Source: an uncultured Gammaproteobacteria bacterium (lineage in GTDB: Bacteria > Patescibacteriota > Microgenomatia > Levybacterales > GWA1-39-11). From it: a DNA stretch of 64,000 bases. The notes below the pieces were generated by a model. That model was not told the origin of the DNA and did not search any database. It worked only from the letters and a program-made list of their open reading frames with translations. Shown piece by piece: positions 42,417 to 52,043 of the stretch (its first letter is position 1; each line of letters starts with the position of its first letter). The stretch lies in contig CAZDED010000001.1 in the NCBI GenBank assembly GCA_964504535.1, forward strand, positions 37,804-101,803, given 5' to 3'. The translations under genes and the position numbers were made by a program.

Positions 42417-43079
42417 ATGGCAGAGACAGTAAGACCCCCTGAATTTTCTTCGGAAGTAGAAGTCGCTCATATTCTCCTCAGAGACAATGTTTTTAGTATT
42501 GCTGATTATCCCGCATACACATGGAGTGGAGGCCTATTGAGTCCGTTCTATTCGAATTTAAGAATACTGCATGGCGACATGGATGGTAGCACTAAAGTTG
42601 TAGATCATTTCGTATCTAAAATGCAGTTTGACAAACGTCCTGACTTTTTGGCTGGTGTTGTTTCAGCAGGTCCACCCTGGGCAAAAGATATAGGGACTCG
42701 ACTTAGGATTCCACAAGTTCCCGTTAGACCTGACCCAAAAAGGCATGGCGCAGGAGATCAAGTAGAAGGGGTTGTGCATGAAGGAGATGTAGGAATGATC
42801 ATTGAGGATACGATAAGCAAGGGAGATGGCACTATTAAATCAGCGGAGGCTTTAAGAAGCAAAGGAGTTATAGTCGACACAGCATATGCAATCCTAACCT
42901 ATGAACTTTTTTATTCGAGAAAACGGTTGGAAGATGCAGGCATTCGCTTGGTTACTTTGACCACGTTGCCTAAAGTGATAGAAGTTGCAGAACAATATGG
43001 ATATTGGCCAGACCAAAAAATAGAACTCGTTAAAGATTGGCACAAAGATCCTGTAGCGTGGGCTGAAAAATTTAGCTAG
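42417..43079 (+). CDS. type-I phosphoribosyltransferase (orotate PRTase-like)
   Basis: PRPP-binding loop VGMIIEDTISKGDGT; size about 220 aa. Confidence 0.5.
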   Translation: MAETVRPPEFSSEVEVAHILLRDNVFSIADYPAYTWSGGLLSPFYSNLRILHGDMDGSTKVVDHFVSKMQFDKRPDFLAGVVSAGPPWAKDIGTRLRIPQVPVRPDPKRHGAGDQVEGVVHEGDVGMIIEDTISKGDGTIKSAEALRSKGVIVDTAYAILTYELFYSRKRLEDAGIRLVTLTTLPKVIEVAEQYGYWPDQKIELVKDWHKDPVAWAEKFS

Positions 43080-43083
43080 AGGA

Positions 43084-43371
43084 TTACTTCTTCCTGATAC
43101 CCCTAAAAAGTCTCTTGCGGCGGGATGGTTGTTCTGGTTCTTTCTCTTCTTTAGCAGCGGCTTCTACCTCTCCACCCATCATTTCTTCTTCATCATCATT
43201 AAGTATCGTCTCGATGTCATCCATATCTACCGTATTTCCGACATATTCTATACCATACTCAACCACGTCTTTTAAGATCTTTCTTCCCCTTTTTGTGCTC
43301 ACCAATGCACCAACTGCAGCTCCTATTACGAGGCCTAAAATCAATCCATTTGGTCCGCGTCTTTCATTCAT
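43084..43371 (-). CDS. small membrane protein (YtxH-like), acidic C-terminus
   Basis: N-terminal hydrophobic GLILGLVIGAAVGALV; overlaps the next gene by ATGA. Confidence 0.4.
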   Translation of the reverse strand: MNERRGPNGLILGLVIGAAVGALVSTKRGRKILKDVVEYGIEYVGNTVDMDDIETILNDDEEEMMGGEVEAAAKEEKEPEQPSRRKRLFRGIRKK

Positions 43372-43640
43372 GGTTGTTCTTTTTGTTTTTTACGAAACAT
43401 TGATAACAGTCCGGCAATTGAACCTATTGTAGAAGCTCCACCAAACATATTTTGTACCGACTCAAAGGAATTACTGACTCCGGTTGAAACCTTCTCGGCA
43501 TTCTCAAGAATATTATTTGTTCTTTTCAGAGTTACCCGTAAATCTTTTAGAATATAGAAAACTTGAATACCAAGAACTACAAAAAGAATTGTTAGAAGCA
43601 CGATCACAAAAAGCAAGACGGCCTGGACAGTATCTATCAT
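43368..43640 (-). CDS. DUF948-like small membrane protein
   Basis: N-terminal TM then coiled-coil; paired with 43084..43371. Confidence 0.4.
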   Translation of the reverse strand: MIDTVQAVLLFVIVLLTILFVVLGIQVFYILKDLRVTLKRTNNILENAEKVSTGVSNSFESVQNMFGGASTIGSIAGLLSMFRKKQKEQP

Positions 43641-43713
43641 CGTCCTTCAGCCTATCATGTGAAAATTTTGAAATCAATATCTCAAAGTAGGTACAAACTA
43701 TACATATACCACA

Positions 43714-44337
43714 CTAGCGAACGACAACCTGCAAGATTTTTCTGGTATTTTTCCCGTTTCTATTTTTTGCATCAATTGTGATCTGACGCTGTCCTTCAAA
43801 AAGGTAGAGGGTCTTTTTAAAAGTACCGTCAAGCTGGACATATGATTCTTCATTGTTGATCAAAACGGTGGCATAAGGGTCTGTTTTCCCGCTCACCTCA
43901 ACGATATTATTTCGTACCAACGAGTGATCTTTTGGAGTCAGAACCTCAAGCCGTGGCCCCAGAAAAAATGATCCGTATTGGAATGCTATATATCCGAAGA
44001 TGACTATCACAACAAGGCTGATGATAAGATTTCTTGGGGTCAAAAATATCTTTCTTGTCAATTTCCGGTCTTTGCTCTTAAAGGTTGGGAGTATATTGTG
44101 CCCTCCTTCGTATTCTCTTCTAAAAAGAGCAGCTGCTTTATTTTTATCCACTCCTACAAAGACAGCATAATTTTTGATAAAACCCAGTGCATAGCTTTCC
44201 GATGGAAGGTCAAAATATCTACTGTCTTCGATAGCCATTAGAAATTCTTTCCTGATCTTTGTTGCTTTCACAACATTTTCAAGTGAATATCCTTTTTCGA
44301 TGCGGGCATCAGCAAGAATCTCGGAAATTTTTCTCAT
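43714..44337 (-). CDS. RodZ-like protein (N-terminal HTH, TM, C-terminal beta domain)
   Basis: XRE-type HTH at the N-terminus, TM LIISLVVIVIFGYIAF, C-terminal domain resembling DUF4115. Confidence 0.5.
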   Translation of the reverse strand: MRKISEILADARIEKGYSLENVVKATKIRKEFLMAIEDSRYFDLPSESYALGFIKNYAVFVGVDKNKAAALFRREYEGGHNILPTFKSKDRKLTRKIFLTPRNLIISLVVIVIFGYIAFQYGSFFLGPRLEVLTPKDHSLVRNNIVEVSGKTDPYATVLINNEESYVQLDGTFKKTLYLFEGQRQITIDAKNRNGKNTRKILQVVVR

Positions 44338-44408
44338 AATAATAAAGTTAACGTGTTAAAGAGTTAAAGTGTTAGAGAGTTTCATCAGGCAGTAACAGGA
44401 TTTGGCGT

Positions 44409-46586
44409 TCAACTCTCAATATCGGCACTAGCTGGACCGTTCAAAAACTCGTCAGCATTTCTCACCAAAACTTCACGTGGCTTTGACCCATCTGCAGGTC
44501 CAACAACTCCAGCTTCCTCCAATTGTTCTAATAGTCTGGCTGCACGGTTAAACCCTACCTGAAGTCTTCTCTGGATGAGTGATGCTGAAGCCCTATCGTG
44601 CTGACTGATCATTCTCACGGTCTGTTCAAAAAGATCATCCCGTCCATCTCCACCGGCATTAACAGTAGAAAGACTTCCACCACGACCCTTTATATTAACT
44701 GCCTGTTCAATGACCTCTGACGTGTATTCAACTGGGATTCCTTTAGACTTTATGAAGTTAACAAGACGCTTTACGTCTTGATCTGACACGAAAGTTCCTT
44801 GGATGCGAGTTGGTCGTGCCTGATCCGGTGGAACAAATAACATGTCCCCCTTACCCAATAATTTTTCAGCACCGGGGGAATCAATGACAACTTTTGAGTC
44901 AATTCCTGATGAAACGTTAAATGCAATTCTACATGGAATGTTTGCTTTGATAAGTCCGGTTATGACATCAACAGATGGGCGTTGAGTTGCAAGCACCAAG
45001 TGGATTCCTGTGGCCCGAGCCATCTGTGCAAGTCTAGCGATACTATCCTCAACCTCAACGGGGGCTAGAGCCATAAGATCAGCTAGCTCGTCCATCACAA
45101 TCACAATATATGGTATAGCCTGAAATCCCGCTAGCTCGTTATAGCTATCAATGTTTTTGACTCCAGCCTCTGCAAATTTAGTGTAACGTTTGTCCATTTC
45201 CTTAAGTGCCCACTTCAGAGCTGATACTGACTGGTCAGCTTCAACGATGACCGGGGAAAGGAGATGAGGAATGTCATTGTACCCGGTCAACTCAACTCTT
45301 TTAGGATCGATCATGATAAATTTAACCTCAGATGGGGATGCTCGAAAAAGAATTGATGCAATAAAGGCATTTACCATAACAGATTTTCCTGAACCGGTGG
45401 TTCCTGCAATAAGGGTATGTGGCATTTTTGCAATATCCGCAACAACTACTTCACCTGAGACATTAAGTCCCAGCGGTACTGCCAATTTTGATTTGGATTC
45501 CTGCATTTTCTTCGACTCAAGCATTGTTCGAAGAGACACAAATTCAAGAGATTTATTTGGTATTTCGATTCCAACCAGACTTCTTCCCGGAATTGGTGCT
45601 TCAATTCTGATTTGTCCACCGGGGGCTTCCGTTGCTAGCGCCAAATCATTTGCAAGAGTAGTAATTTTTGTAAGTTTTGTTCCTTCAGGGATCCTTATCG
45701 CATATTGGGTAACTGATGGACCTACGTTAATTTCAGCAACTTGTGCCTTAACACCAAAACTTTGAAGAGTACGCTCAATTGTCCCTGCAATTCTTTTAAC
45801 ATCCCCAGTGTCACGCTTTTTTTCTTTATTCTCAGCGAGCAGAGAGAATGGAGGATACTCCCACATTCCCATTTCCAGAGGCTTATTTAATATCATCTCT
45901 TCAGGTAAAGCTCCTTTTTTCATTGGCATTGGCGATGGTGCTGCTGATTTTGCAGGCGCAGCAACCTTTTCTACCTTTGCCTCAGAGATCTTGAGATCGT
46001 CATCCCCGCCAAGTCCTTTTATGGTCATAGGTGCCATGTCTGTCGCAAACTTGTCTTTTGTTTTAAGCATAGGCACAACCCCTTTTCCGACACCTGCACC
46101 AGCATTTTTGGCTGATGAAAATATGAACATCCCAATCTCTGTAAAAGAAAGATTCATACAAACCACAAATCCGATAAATGCACCGAGTGCAAAAAGGATC
46201 ATGGTTAGGATGGGTCCGATGATATTGTTAGTGTAGAAGAAAAGATCATGTCCAACCATTCCACTTTGAAAAAGACCGAGTATTGAAACGGTAAATACGA
46301 TAAATCCAATTGAGATATTGGGTCGGGAAAGACTATTTTTCATCTGCAGAATAAATAATGCAACCAAAACAAAAATAATTGGGATCAAAAATGAGAAAAA
46401 TCCAAAGAAACGTATCAAATAATCGTTGATTTGAACCAGAGCTGATCCACTTCTCGTGTATGAAGCGGCAGAGGCAAGGGACGCAAACACAAGACCTACT
46501 GCCGATAATGTGTAGACGGTACCTTTTTTGAGCTGTAGACCTTTACTTCTTCTTTTGTATGCTTTCCTCTTTTTTCTTTTTGGCAT
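44409..46586 (-). CDS. ftsK: DNA translocase FtsK/SpoIIIE
   Basis: N-terminal TM helices, Walker A GTTGSGKS, Walker B, C-terminal gamma (winged-helix) domain. Confidence 0.95.
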   Translation of the reverse strand: MPKRKKRKAYKRRSKGLQLKKGTVYTLSAVGLVFASLASAASYTRSGSALVQINDYLIRFFGFFSFLIPIIFVLVALFILQMKNSLSRPNISIGFIVFTVSILGLFQSGMVGHDLFFYTNNIIGPILTMILFALGAFIGFVVCMNLSFTEIGMFIFSSAKNAGAGVGKGVVPMLKTKDKFATDMAPMTIKGLGGDDDLKISEAKVEKVAAPAKSAAPSPMPMKKGALPEEMILNKPLEMGMWEYPPFSLLAENKEKKRDTGDVKRIAGTIERTLQSFGVKAQVAEINVGPSVTQYAIRIPEGTKLTKITTLANDLALATEAPGGQIRIEAPIPGRSLVGIEIPNKSLEFVSLRTMLESKKMQESKSKLAVPLGLNVSGEVVVADIAKMPHTLIAGTTGSGKSVMVNAFIASILFRASPSEVKFIMIDPKRVELTGYNDIPHLLSPVIVEADQSVSALKWALKEMDKRYTKFAEAGVKNIDSYNELAGFQAIPYIVIVMDELADLMALAPVEVEDSIARLAQMARATGIHLVLATQRPSVDVITGLIKANIPCRIAFNVSSGIDSKVVIDSPGAEKLLGKGDMLFVPPDQARPTRIQGTFVSDQDVKRLVNFIKSKGIPVEYTSEVIEQAVNIKGRGGSLSTVNAGGDGRDDLFEQTVRMISQHDRASASLIQRRLQVGFNRAARLLEQLEEAGVVGPADGSKPREVLVRNADEFLNGPASADIES

Positions 46587-46664
46587 AGGCTTAGCGCTCC
46601 TTTTCAGAGTATTAACATAATAGAGAAAACACGTACATTAATCAAGCTGAGAGGAAGAAAAAGC

Positions 46665-48368
46665 CTATACTTGCCAGGCTTTTTCTTTGTATTCGGAGAT
46701 AGCACGATGTGTATTAAAATATGCCCCTAAAGTTATTGCATGCTTCATACGGTTGATCCAGTCCTTGCGGTTATTGTAGTAAAGAGGAATTATCTCGTTT
46801 TGGAGCTTATTATACATATCATCAATATCCTGCTGGTCATTGTTTTCCGGAGTCAGACTCTCATCATTTGGACCTATCGAAAATCCTGACTCACTATCTA
46901 TCTGGTATCCTTCAATCCACCACCCATCAAGAATCGAAAAATTGAGTACCCCGTTCATTGCAGCTTTCATACCAGATGTTCCTGAAGCCTCAAGAGGACG
47001 CCGTGGAGTATTGAGCCATATATCAGAACCACGCACCAATTGGCGGGCAAGAAGTGGTGAATAATTCTCAAGATATACTACTTTTATCCTTCCCCTCAAT
47101 TGTTTTGAGATATCAATTATCTGTCTTACAAAACTCTTTGCACCCTCATCTCCTGGTGCTGCTTTACCACACTGGATGATCTGCAATTTACCATCTCCAA
47201 TTGACAACAGTCTTTCAATATCTGAATACAATAAGAGTGGTCTTTTATAAGGCACAAGACGCCTCGCTAAAGAAATTGTCAAAGTATCGATATCAAATTG
47301 CTCCTGTTCAGGCGGATTTACCCGTTCTTGATCATTTGAAACAGAGGTCAGATGGTTATTTACATGATCCAAAAGTCTACCCTTCTCCTCTTGATGCGCG
47401 CGCCACAACTCATCATCGGGAATTGCATCAATAGCATTCTTAAACACTCGTGGGTATCGCACCCATTCAGGCAAAAATTTATCATATAGATTTGCAAGTT
47501 CTGTACCTATCCACGTTCTGTGATGAACACCATTTGTTATTGCCCCGATATGAAATTGGGGGAACATATTCTGGCTCACTCTCCCATGTTTCTGACTAAC
47601 TCCAAAGATGTATTTACTCATACTCATCCCCAAAATAGTCATATGAAGCTCACTCTCACTCGCTATTTTTTTTATGTGCCACGGCAAATTGTCACCGGCA
47701 ACTTTATGGGCATAGGTATAATCAAATTTGTCATGCCCTTCAGGAATTGGGGTATGAGTCGTAAATACACAGAGTTTTTTGACTTCCTCATCTTTAAATC
47801 CTTTCTCGGCTAGTAGTCCAAGGGGAACAAATGAAGCATGTCCTTCATTCATATGAAAAGTCTTGATGTCGTTGTAGCCAAGTGAGCGAAGCATCTTTAC
47901 CCCTGCCATCCCCAAAAGTACTTCTTGGTCAAGTCGCACACCCCCTTCATACAGATTTTGAGTAAGACTTCTTGCGTATTCTGAATTATCAATAAAATCA
48001 GTGTCTAGTAGGTAAACTGGCACGACATGCTCATCAATCCCTGTTATGTCATACCTCCAAACTCCAACTATCACTTTCTGACCTTGAATTGTCACCTCAA
48101 CCCTATTTGATAATTTCGTCAGTTGGTCATTTTTATGCCAGACGAGTTGTTCATAATTTTGTGTCCCAGCAGAATTTATTACTTGCTTGTAAGTGCTATC
48201 GTTGTAGACGAGGGAAACACCAACTACTGGCTCTCCCATATCAGCACAGGATCGCATGAGATCTCCAGCCAACACTCCAAGCCCACCGGCATAAGTAGGG
48301 ATATCTGATTCCAACATGAATTCCATGGAGAAATAGGCACATTCGATTGGGGGGCGATCGTTATTCAT
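46665..48368 (-). CDS. glgP: alpha-glucan (glycogen/maltodextrin) phosphorylase, GT35 family
   Basis: PLP-lysine motif EASGTSGMKAAMNG and other GT35 blocks. Confidence 0.85.
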   Translation of the reverse strand: MNNDRPPIECAYFSMEFMLESDIPTYAGGLGVLAGDLMRSCADMGEPVVGVSLVYNDSTYKQVINSAGTQNYEQLVWHKNDQLTKLSNRVEVTIQGQKVIVGVWRYDITGIDEHVVPVYLLDTDFIDNSEYARSLTQNLYEGGVRLDQEVLLGMAGVKMLRSLGYNDIKTFHMNEGHASFVPLGLLAEKGFKDEEVKKLCVFTTHTPIPEGHDKFDYTYAHKVAGDNLPWHIKKIASESELHMTILGMSMSKYIFGVSQKHGRVSQNMFPQFHIGAITNGVHHRTWIGTELANLYDKFLPEWVRYPRVFKNAIDAIPDDELWRAHQEEKGRLLDHVNNHLTSVSNDQERVNPPEQEQFDIDTLTISLARRLVPYKRPLLLYSDIERLLSIGDGKLQIIQCGKAAPGDEGAKSFVRQIIDISKQLRGRIKVVYLENYSPLLARQLVRGSDIWLNTPRRPLEASGTSGMKAAMNGVLNFSILDGWWIEGYQIDSESGFSIGPNDESLTPENNDQQDIDDMYNKLQNEIIPLYYNNRKDWINRMKHAITLGAYFNTHRAISEYKEKAWQV

Positions 48369-48502
48369 GGGCAGTAGATTTATTGTACTGTATTTTGGAG
48401 AGTTGTAACAAGACGGTACTGGGTGTCAAATTCCTTCCCTACCCAAAATCTTTAACACGTAACTTCTTGGAATTTTAAAGTATTCAAGGTTATAATGCCT
48501 AC

Positions 48503-48994
48503 ATGAATGAAAGGCATCAAAGAAATTACGAAACTAGAATGAGAGGAAAATACGGTGAAATACCTACTCCGCTTACCCCGGAACAATTTGAAGTAGGTTA
48601 TTCTCGAATTGAAGACACTATGACCTCAGCGCTTGCGGAGCAGACTCAACCGGACGTACTTGCAGTTATCCTTTTTGGTAGTTGGACTCACGGAAATCCG
48701 CATATTCAGTCAGACGTTGATTTCAATCTAATACTCAGCGATGAAGGGTTCCTCCGTAAATATACGGTAGGATATTCTTTTATCAATGACTTGCAAAGCC
48801 GTGGTTTGCAGAATTTAGACCCGTGGCTCTTTCTTTCCAAAGACGAATTCGTAAGAGAACACAAGAGAACTTTTTATCGAGACTTTAAAGTTTTCTCAAC
48901 AAATCCAAGAATACATGGACTTGCCGAAAATTCACGAAGCAAACATCAATCCCGCGGAATCAGTCAATTTATTCCCGGAATTTCCTTATTTTAA
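48503..48994 (+). CDS. nucleotidyltransferase-domain (Pol-beta superfamily) protein
   Basis: ILFGSWTHGNPHIQSDVDFNLIL, i.e. GS...DxD minimal NTase motif. Confidence 0.55.
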   Translation: MNERHQRNYETRMRGKYGEIPTPLTPEQFEVGYSRIEDTMTSALAEQTQPDVLAVILFGSWTHGNPHIQSDVDFNLILSDEGFLRKYTVGYSFINDLQSRGLQNLDPWLFLSKDEFVREHKRTFYRDFKVFSTNPRIHGLAENSRSKHQSRGISQFIPGISLF

Positions 48995-49082
48995 AAACCT
49001 ACATTGCAATTACAACAGGGGCCACCAAGGGTTCGTGTTTCATGCGGTACAAGATTCATTGCAGAATCAATTTTATTAAAAT

Positions 49083-50315
49083 TTACATTCTTTGATACGA
49101 ATCTCTATTTTTAAACAAATTTATATATTCTGAATATGCAAAAACTCTATTTCTCTCTCTTTCCAATATCAACTCCAAAATCCCTAGATCAAGTAGTTTT
49201 TTCACGAGATTGTTGGCATTAGCATACGTTAAGCCGGTGTACCTTGTTACATCATTTACAGTCATGATTGGATTGCTAAATAAATTTTCGAGAAGCTTAA
49301 TGGCATTACGGGAAGATTGAGCACTCAATTCCGATAATTTTAAAGTATCTTTATCTTTCAGTATTTTGATCTTTTTAGCTGTATTAGTAGCTTCTTCTGC
49401 AACTAGCCATACACCTTCAATAAAATATTTTAGCCAACCTTCATAATCACCTTTTTCATGTACTGCATTTAAATTGTCGTAGTATTCAGATCTAAATGCT
49501 TTGAAATATTCAGATAAATATAAGGCAGGTTTTGACAATAAACCGTATTGACAAAGCAATAGGGTCACAAGCAGTCTACCAACTCTTCCATTCCCATCTA
49601 AGAATGGATGAATTGTTTCAAACTGAGAATGAATTAGTCCAATTTTAATAAGTACTGGCATAGGCCTAAAATCATGCATATATTTTTCAAGGTTAGTAAG
49701 GGCTGGAATCATATCTTCTGCAGTAGGCGGAATATATGAGGCGGTATTAATACTTGCTCCCCCAATCCAATTCTGCGAAGTTCGAAAGGATCCAGGACTT
49801 TTATACTGACCTCTAACTCCTTTTAATATTTTGCCATGAATTTCTTTTAGCAAACGTAGCGTTAACGGAAAATCGTCCTCCCTCAGTCTTTTTAACCCGT
49901 AATTAATTGCATTTATATAATTAATAATTTCTGGATAATCTTGTGGTGTTTCACTACCCACAGCTCCGGCTTCAGCTTTTGCTACATCAATAAATGTAGC
50001 CTGAGTTCCTTCAATTTGGCTAGATAGTGCTGCTTCTTTTCTTAAATAAGAAAGTACAAAATAATTAGAGTCTGGTAACAATTCAGTAATTACATTTAAC
50101 CCTCCCAATGCACGATCTGCATTTGACAAAAGAGTCTGCAAAGTATCGTCTATTTTTATTGGTGGATTAGGCGGCAAAAAATTCGGAATAAACGCTTCAT
50201 AAGCTGCATCTCCTGATAAAACCTTTCTATATTTACCCGCTCTGTTTATATTATTCATATCGATAATTAGAATTTCTTTATTATCGATATTACCATAAAT
50301 CGATAATAGTGTCAA
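49083..50315 (-). CDS. Fic-family protein (class II, with inhibitory (S/T)xxxE(G/N) helix and C-terminal winged-helix domain)
   Basis: Fic motif HPFLDGNGRVGR; upstream SSQIEGTQ inhibitory motif. Confidence 0.9.
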   Translation of the reverse strand: MTLLSIYGNIDNKEILIIDMNNINRAGKYRKVLSGDAAYEAFIPNFLPPNPPIKIDDTLQTLLSNADRALGGLNVITELLPDSNYFVLSYLRKEAALSSQIEGTQATFIDVAKAEAGAVGSETPQDYPEIINYINAINYGLKRLREDDFPLTLRLLKEIHGKILKGVRGQYKSPGSFRTSQNWIGGASINTASYIPPTAEDMIPALTNLEKYMHDFRPMPVLIKIGLIHSQFETIHPFLDGNGRVGRLLVTLLLCQYGLLSKPALYLSEYFKAFRSEYYDNLNAVHEKGDYEGWLKYFIEGVWLVAEEATNTAKKIKILKDKDTLKLSELSAQSSRNAIKLLENLFSNPIMTVNDVTRYTGLTYANANNLVKKLLDLGILELILERERNRVFAYSEYINLFKNRDSYQRM

Positions 50316-50339
50316 TGAAAATAACTCAACTTTCTGAAA

Positions 50340-52013
50340 TTAAACTTCAATCACAACGGGGATGACGAGGGGTTCTCTTTTCATTCTATACAGAAGATTT
50401 TCACTGGTTCTTTGGATGATCTTTCTATAAGTTCCCATATTGTTACTCTTTGGAGTCTTTTGATTTAACTCTACCATCAATTCCTCATTGAGTTGCTTTG
50501 CAAAACCTTCTTTTTCTGGAAAAACAAATCCTCGGGCAATAATGTCCGGAGTGGATACCACTTTTCCAGTCTCTCCCTCTATTTCAACAATTACAATCAT
50601 TATTCCCTCCTCAGAAATTTTCTGTCTGTCCATGAGGATAAACTTCTCCATTTCTTCCCCAGTTATCTGATCTACATAGACTGTTGCCAAAGGAACCTTT
50701 GCACCGTACCGATAACTTATTTTGTTAAAAATAACTTCCTGTCCGTATTCTGGTAGAACAACATCCTGATCGCGCATTCCAAGCTCTGTCATAAGGGTTT
50801 TGAATGCACTCATGTGTCTAAAGTTCCCTCCAATTGGAAACGCAAATCGGGGTTGAGTTAACGTTGCCAAAAGCTTAATGTCATTTTGAGAACCGTGTCC
50901 TGATACATGAAACTCACTTGTCATGTCACTATGGATTACTCGCGCTCCTCTTTTAACAATGGTGTCAATTAACTTATATATGTTTACCTCATTACCAGGA
51001 ATTGGATCGGCAGAGAAAATAACCGTATCATTTTTATCAATCCGAAGCGCTTTATCATTGTCATTTGCAACTCTTACGAGAGCTGATTCTTCCTGAGCTT
51101 GGGATCCAGGAATCAGGATCATTACTTTTGATGGGTCCATACTCATCACTTGCTGTGGTTTTACCTCCATATTTTGAGGCAATTTCACATACCCCAGTTG
51201 ACGACCAATATCTCTTGCCTTTATAAATGAGCGTCCGATAAAGCAAACTTTTCTGTTGAATTTTAAAGCTGCTTCAATCGCCTGATTCATACGGGATATG
51301 TTGGATGAGTAGGTACTAACAAATACTCGTCCTTTTGTGCGACGAAATTCTGACTCAAAACTATCAGTGATCTTTCTCTCTGACTTTGAATGTCCTTCAC
51401 GCTCTGCGCCAAGACAATCAGATAACATACAAAGGACCCCTTCATTTGCAGTTGCTGCAATTCCATGCATATCTGAAGGCTTGTCATCCGGAGGAGTTAA
51501 GTCGAACTTGTAGTCAGACCCATGATAGAAATTTCCGATTGGGCTTTTTATGAAAATATTTGATGTGTCCATAACTGAGTGTGTTATGTGAAGAAAGCGG
51601 ACTGTAAAAACGCCAAGATTGAAGTCTTTTCTAAATTTAACTTCAACGACTCGTTGATTTAACCCAAAATCCTTTAATTTTTCATTGGTAAATGCAGCGG
51701 TAAGGGGAGTTGCATAGATAGGAAAGGAAGGAAGTTGATCAAGAACAAAAGGTACTCCTCCGATGTGATCTTCATGCCCGTGAGTAAGAAGGAGTCCAAC
51801 AATTCTTTTGCCAGTTGCAACCAATTTTTTAAGATGAGTTATATCAGGGATCAGAAAATCTACTCCAGGGGTTGATGCATCGGGAAATCCCATCCCACAA
51901 TCCACAATAAGAATATCATTACCGTAAATATACAGATACATGTTCTTGGTAACGCCACCTATTCCACCGAGGGGAAGAAGGGTAAGAGTAGGTCCTGAAG
52001 GATTGCTTTCCAT
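50340..52013 (-). CDS. rnj: ribonuclease J
   Basis: Metallo-beta-lactamase HxHxDH (LTHGHEDHIGG), beta-CASP and RNase J C-terminal domain. Confidence 0.9.
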   Translation of the reverse strand: MESNPSGPTLTLLPLGGIGGVTKNMYLYIYGNDILIVDCGMGFPDASTPGVDFLIPDITHLKKLVATGKRIVGLLLTHGHEDHIGGVPFVLDQLPSFPIYATPLTAAFTNEKLKDFGLNQRVVEVKFRKDFNLGVFTVRFLHITHSVMDTSNIFIKSPIGNFYHGSDYKFDLTPPDDKPSDMHGIAATANEGVLCMLSDCLGAEREGHSKSERKITDSFESEFRRTKGRVFVSTYSSNISRMNQAIEAALKFNRKVCFIGRSFIKARDIGRQLGYVKLPQNMEVKPQQVMSMDPSKVMILIPGSQAQEESALVRVANDNDKALRIDKNDTVIFSADPIPGNEVNIYKLIDTIVKRGARVIHSDMTSEFHVSGHGSQNDIKLLATLTQPRFAFPIGGNFRHMSAFKTLMTELGMRDQDVVLPEYGQEVIFNKISYRYGAKVPLATVYVDQITGEEMEKFILMDRQKISEEGIMIVIVEIEGETGKVVSTPDIIARGFVFPEKEGFAKQLNEELMVELNQKTPKSNNMGTYRKIIQRTSENLLYRMKREPLVIPVVIEV

Positions 52014-52043
52014 TGAGGTAATTATATATTAACTATTAACTTA

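Noticed and set aside
44338-44408. Short direct repeats gttaaagRgtta between RodZ-like gene and ftsK
   Set aside because: Too short and AT-rich to distinguish from chance; could be an operator but no support.
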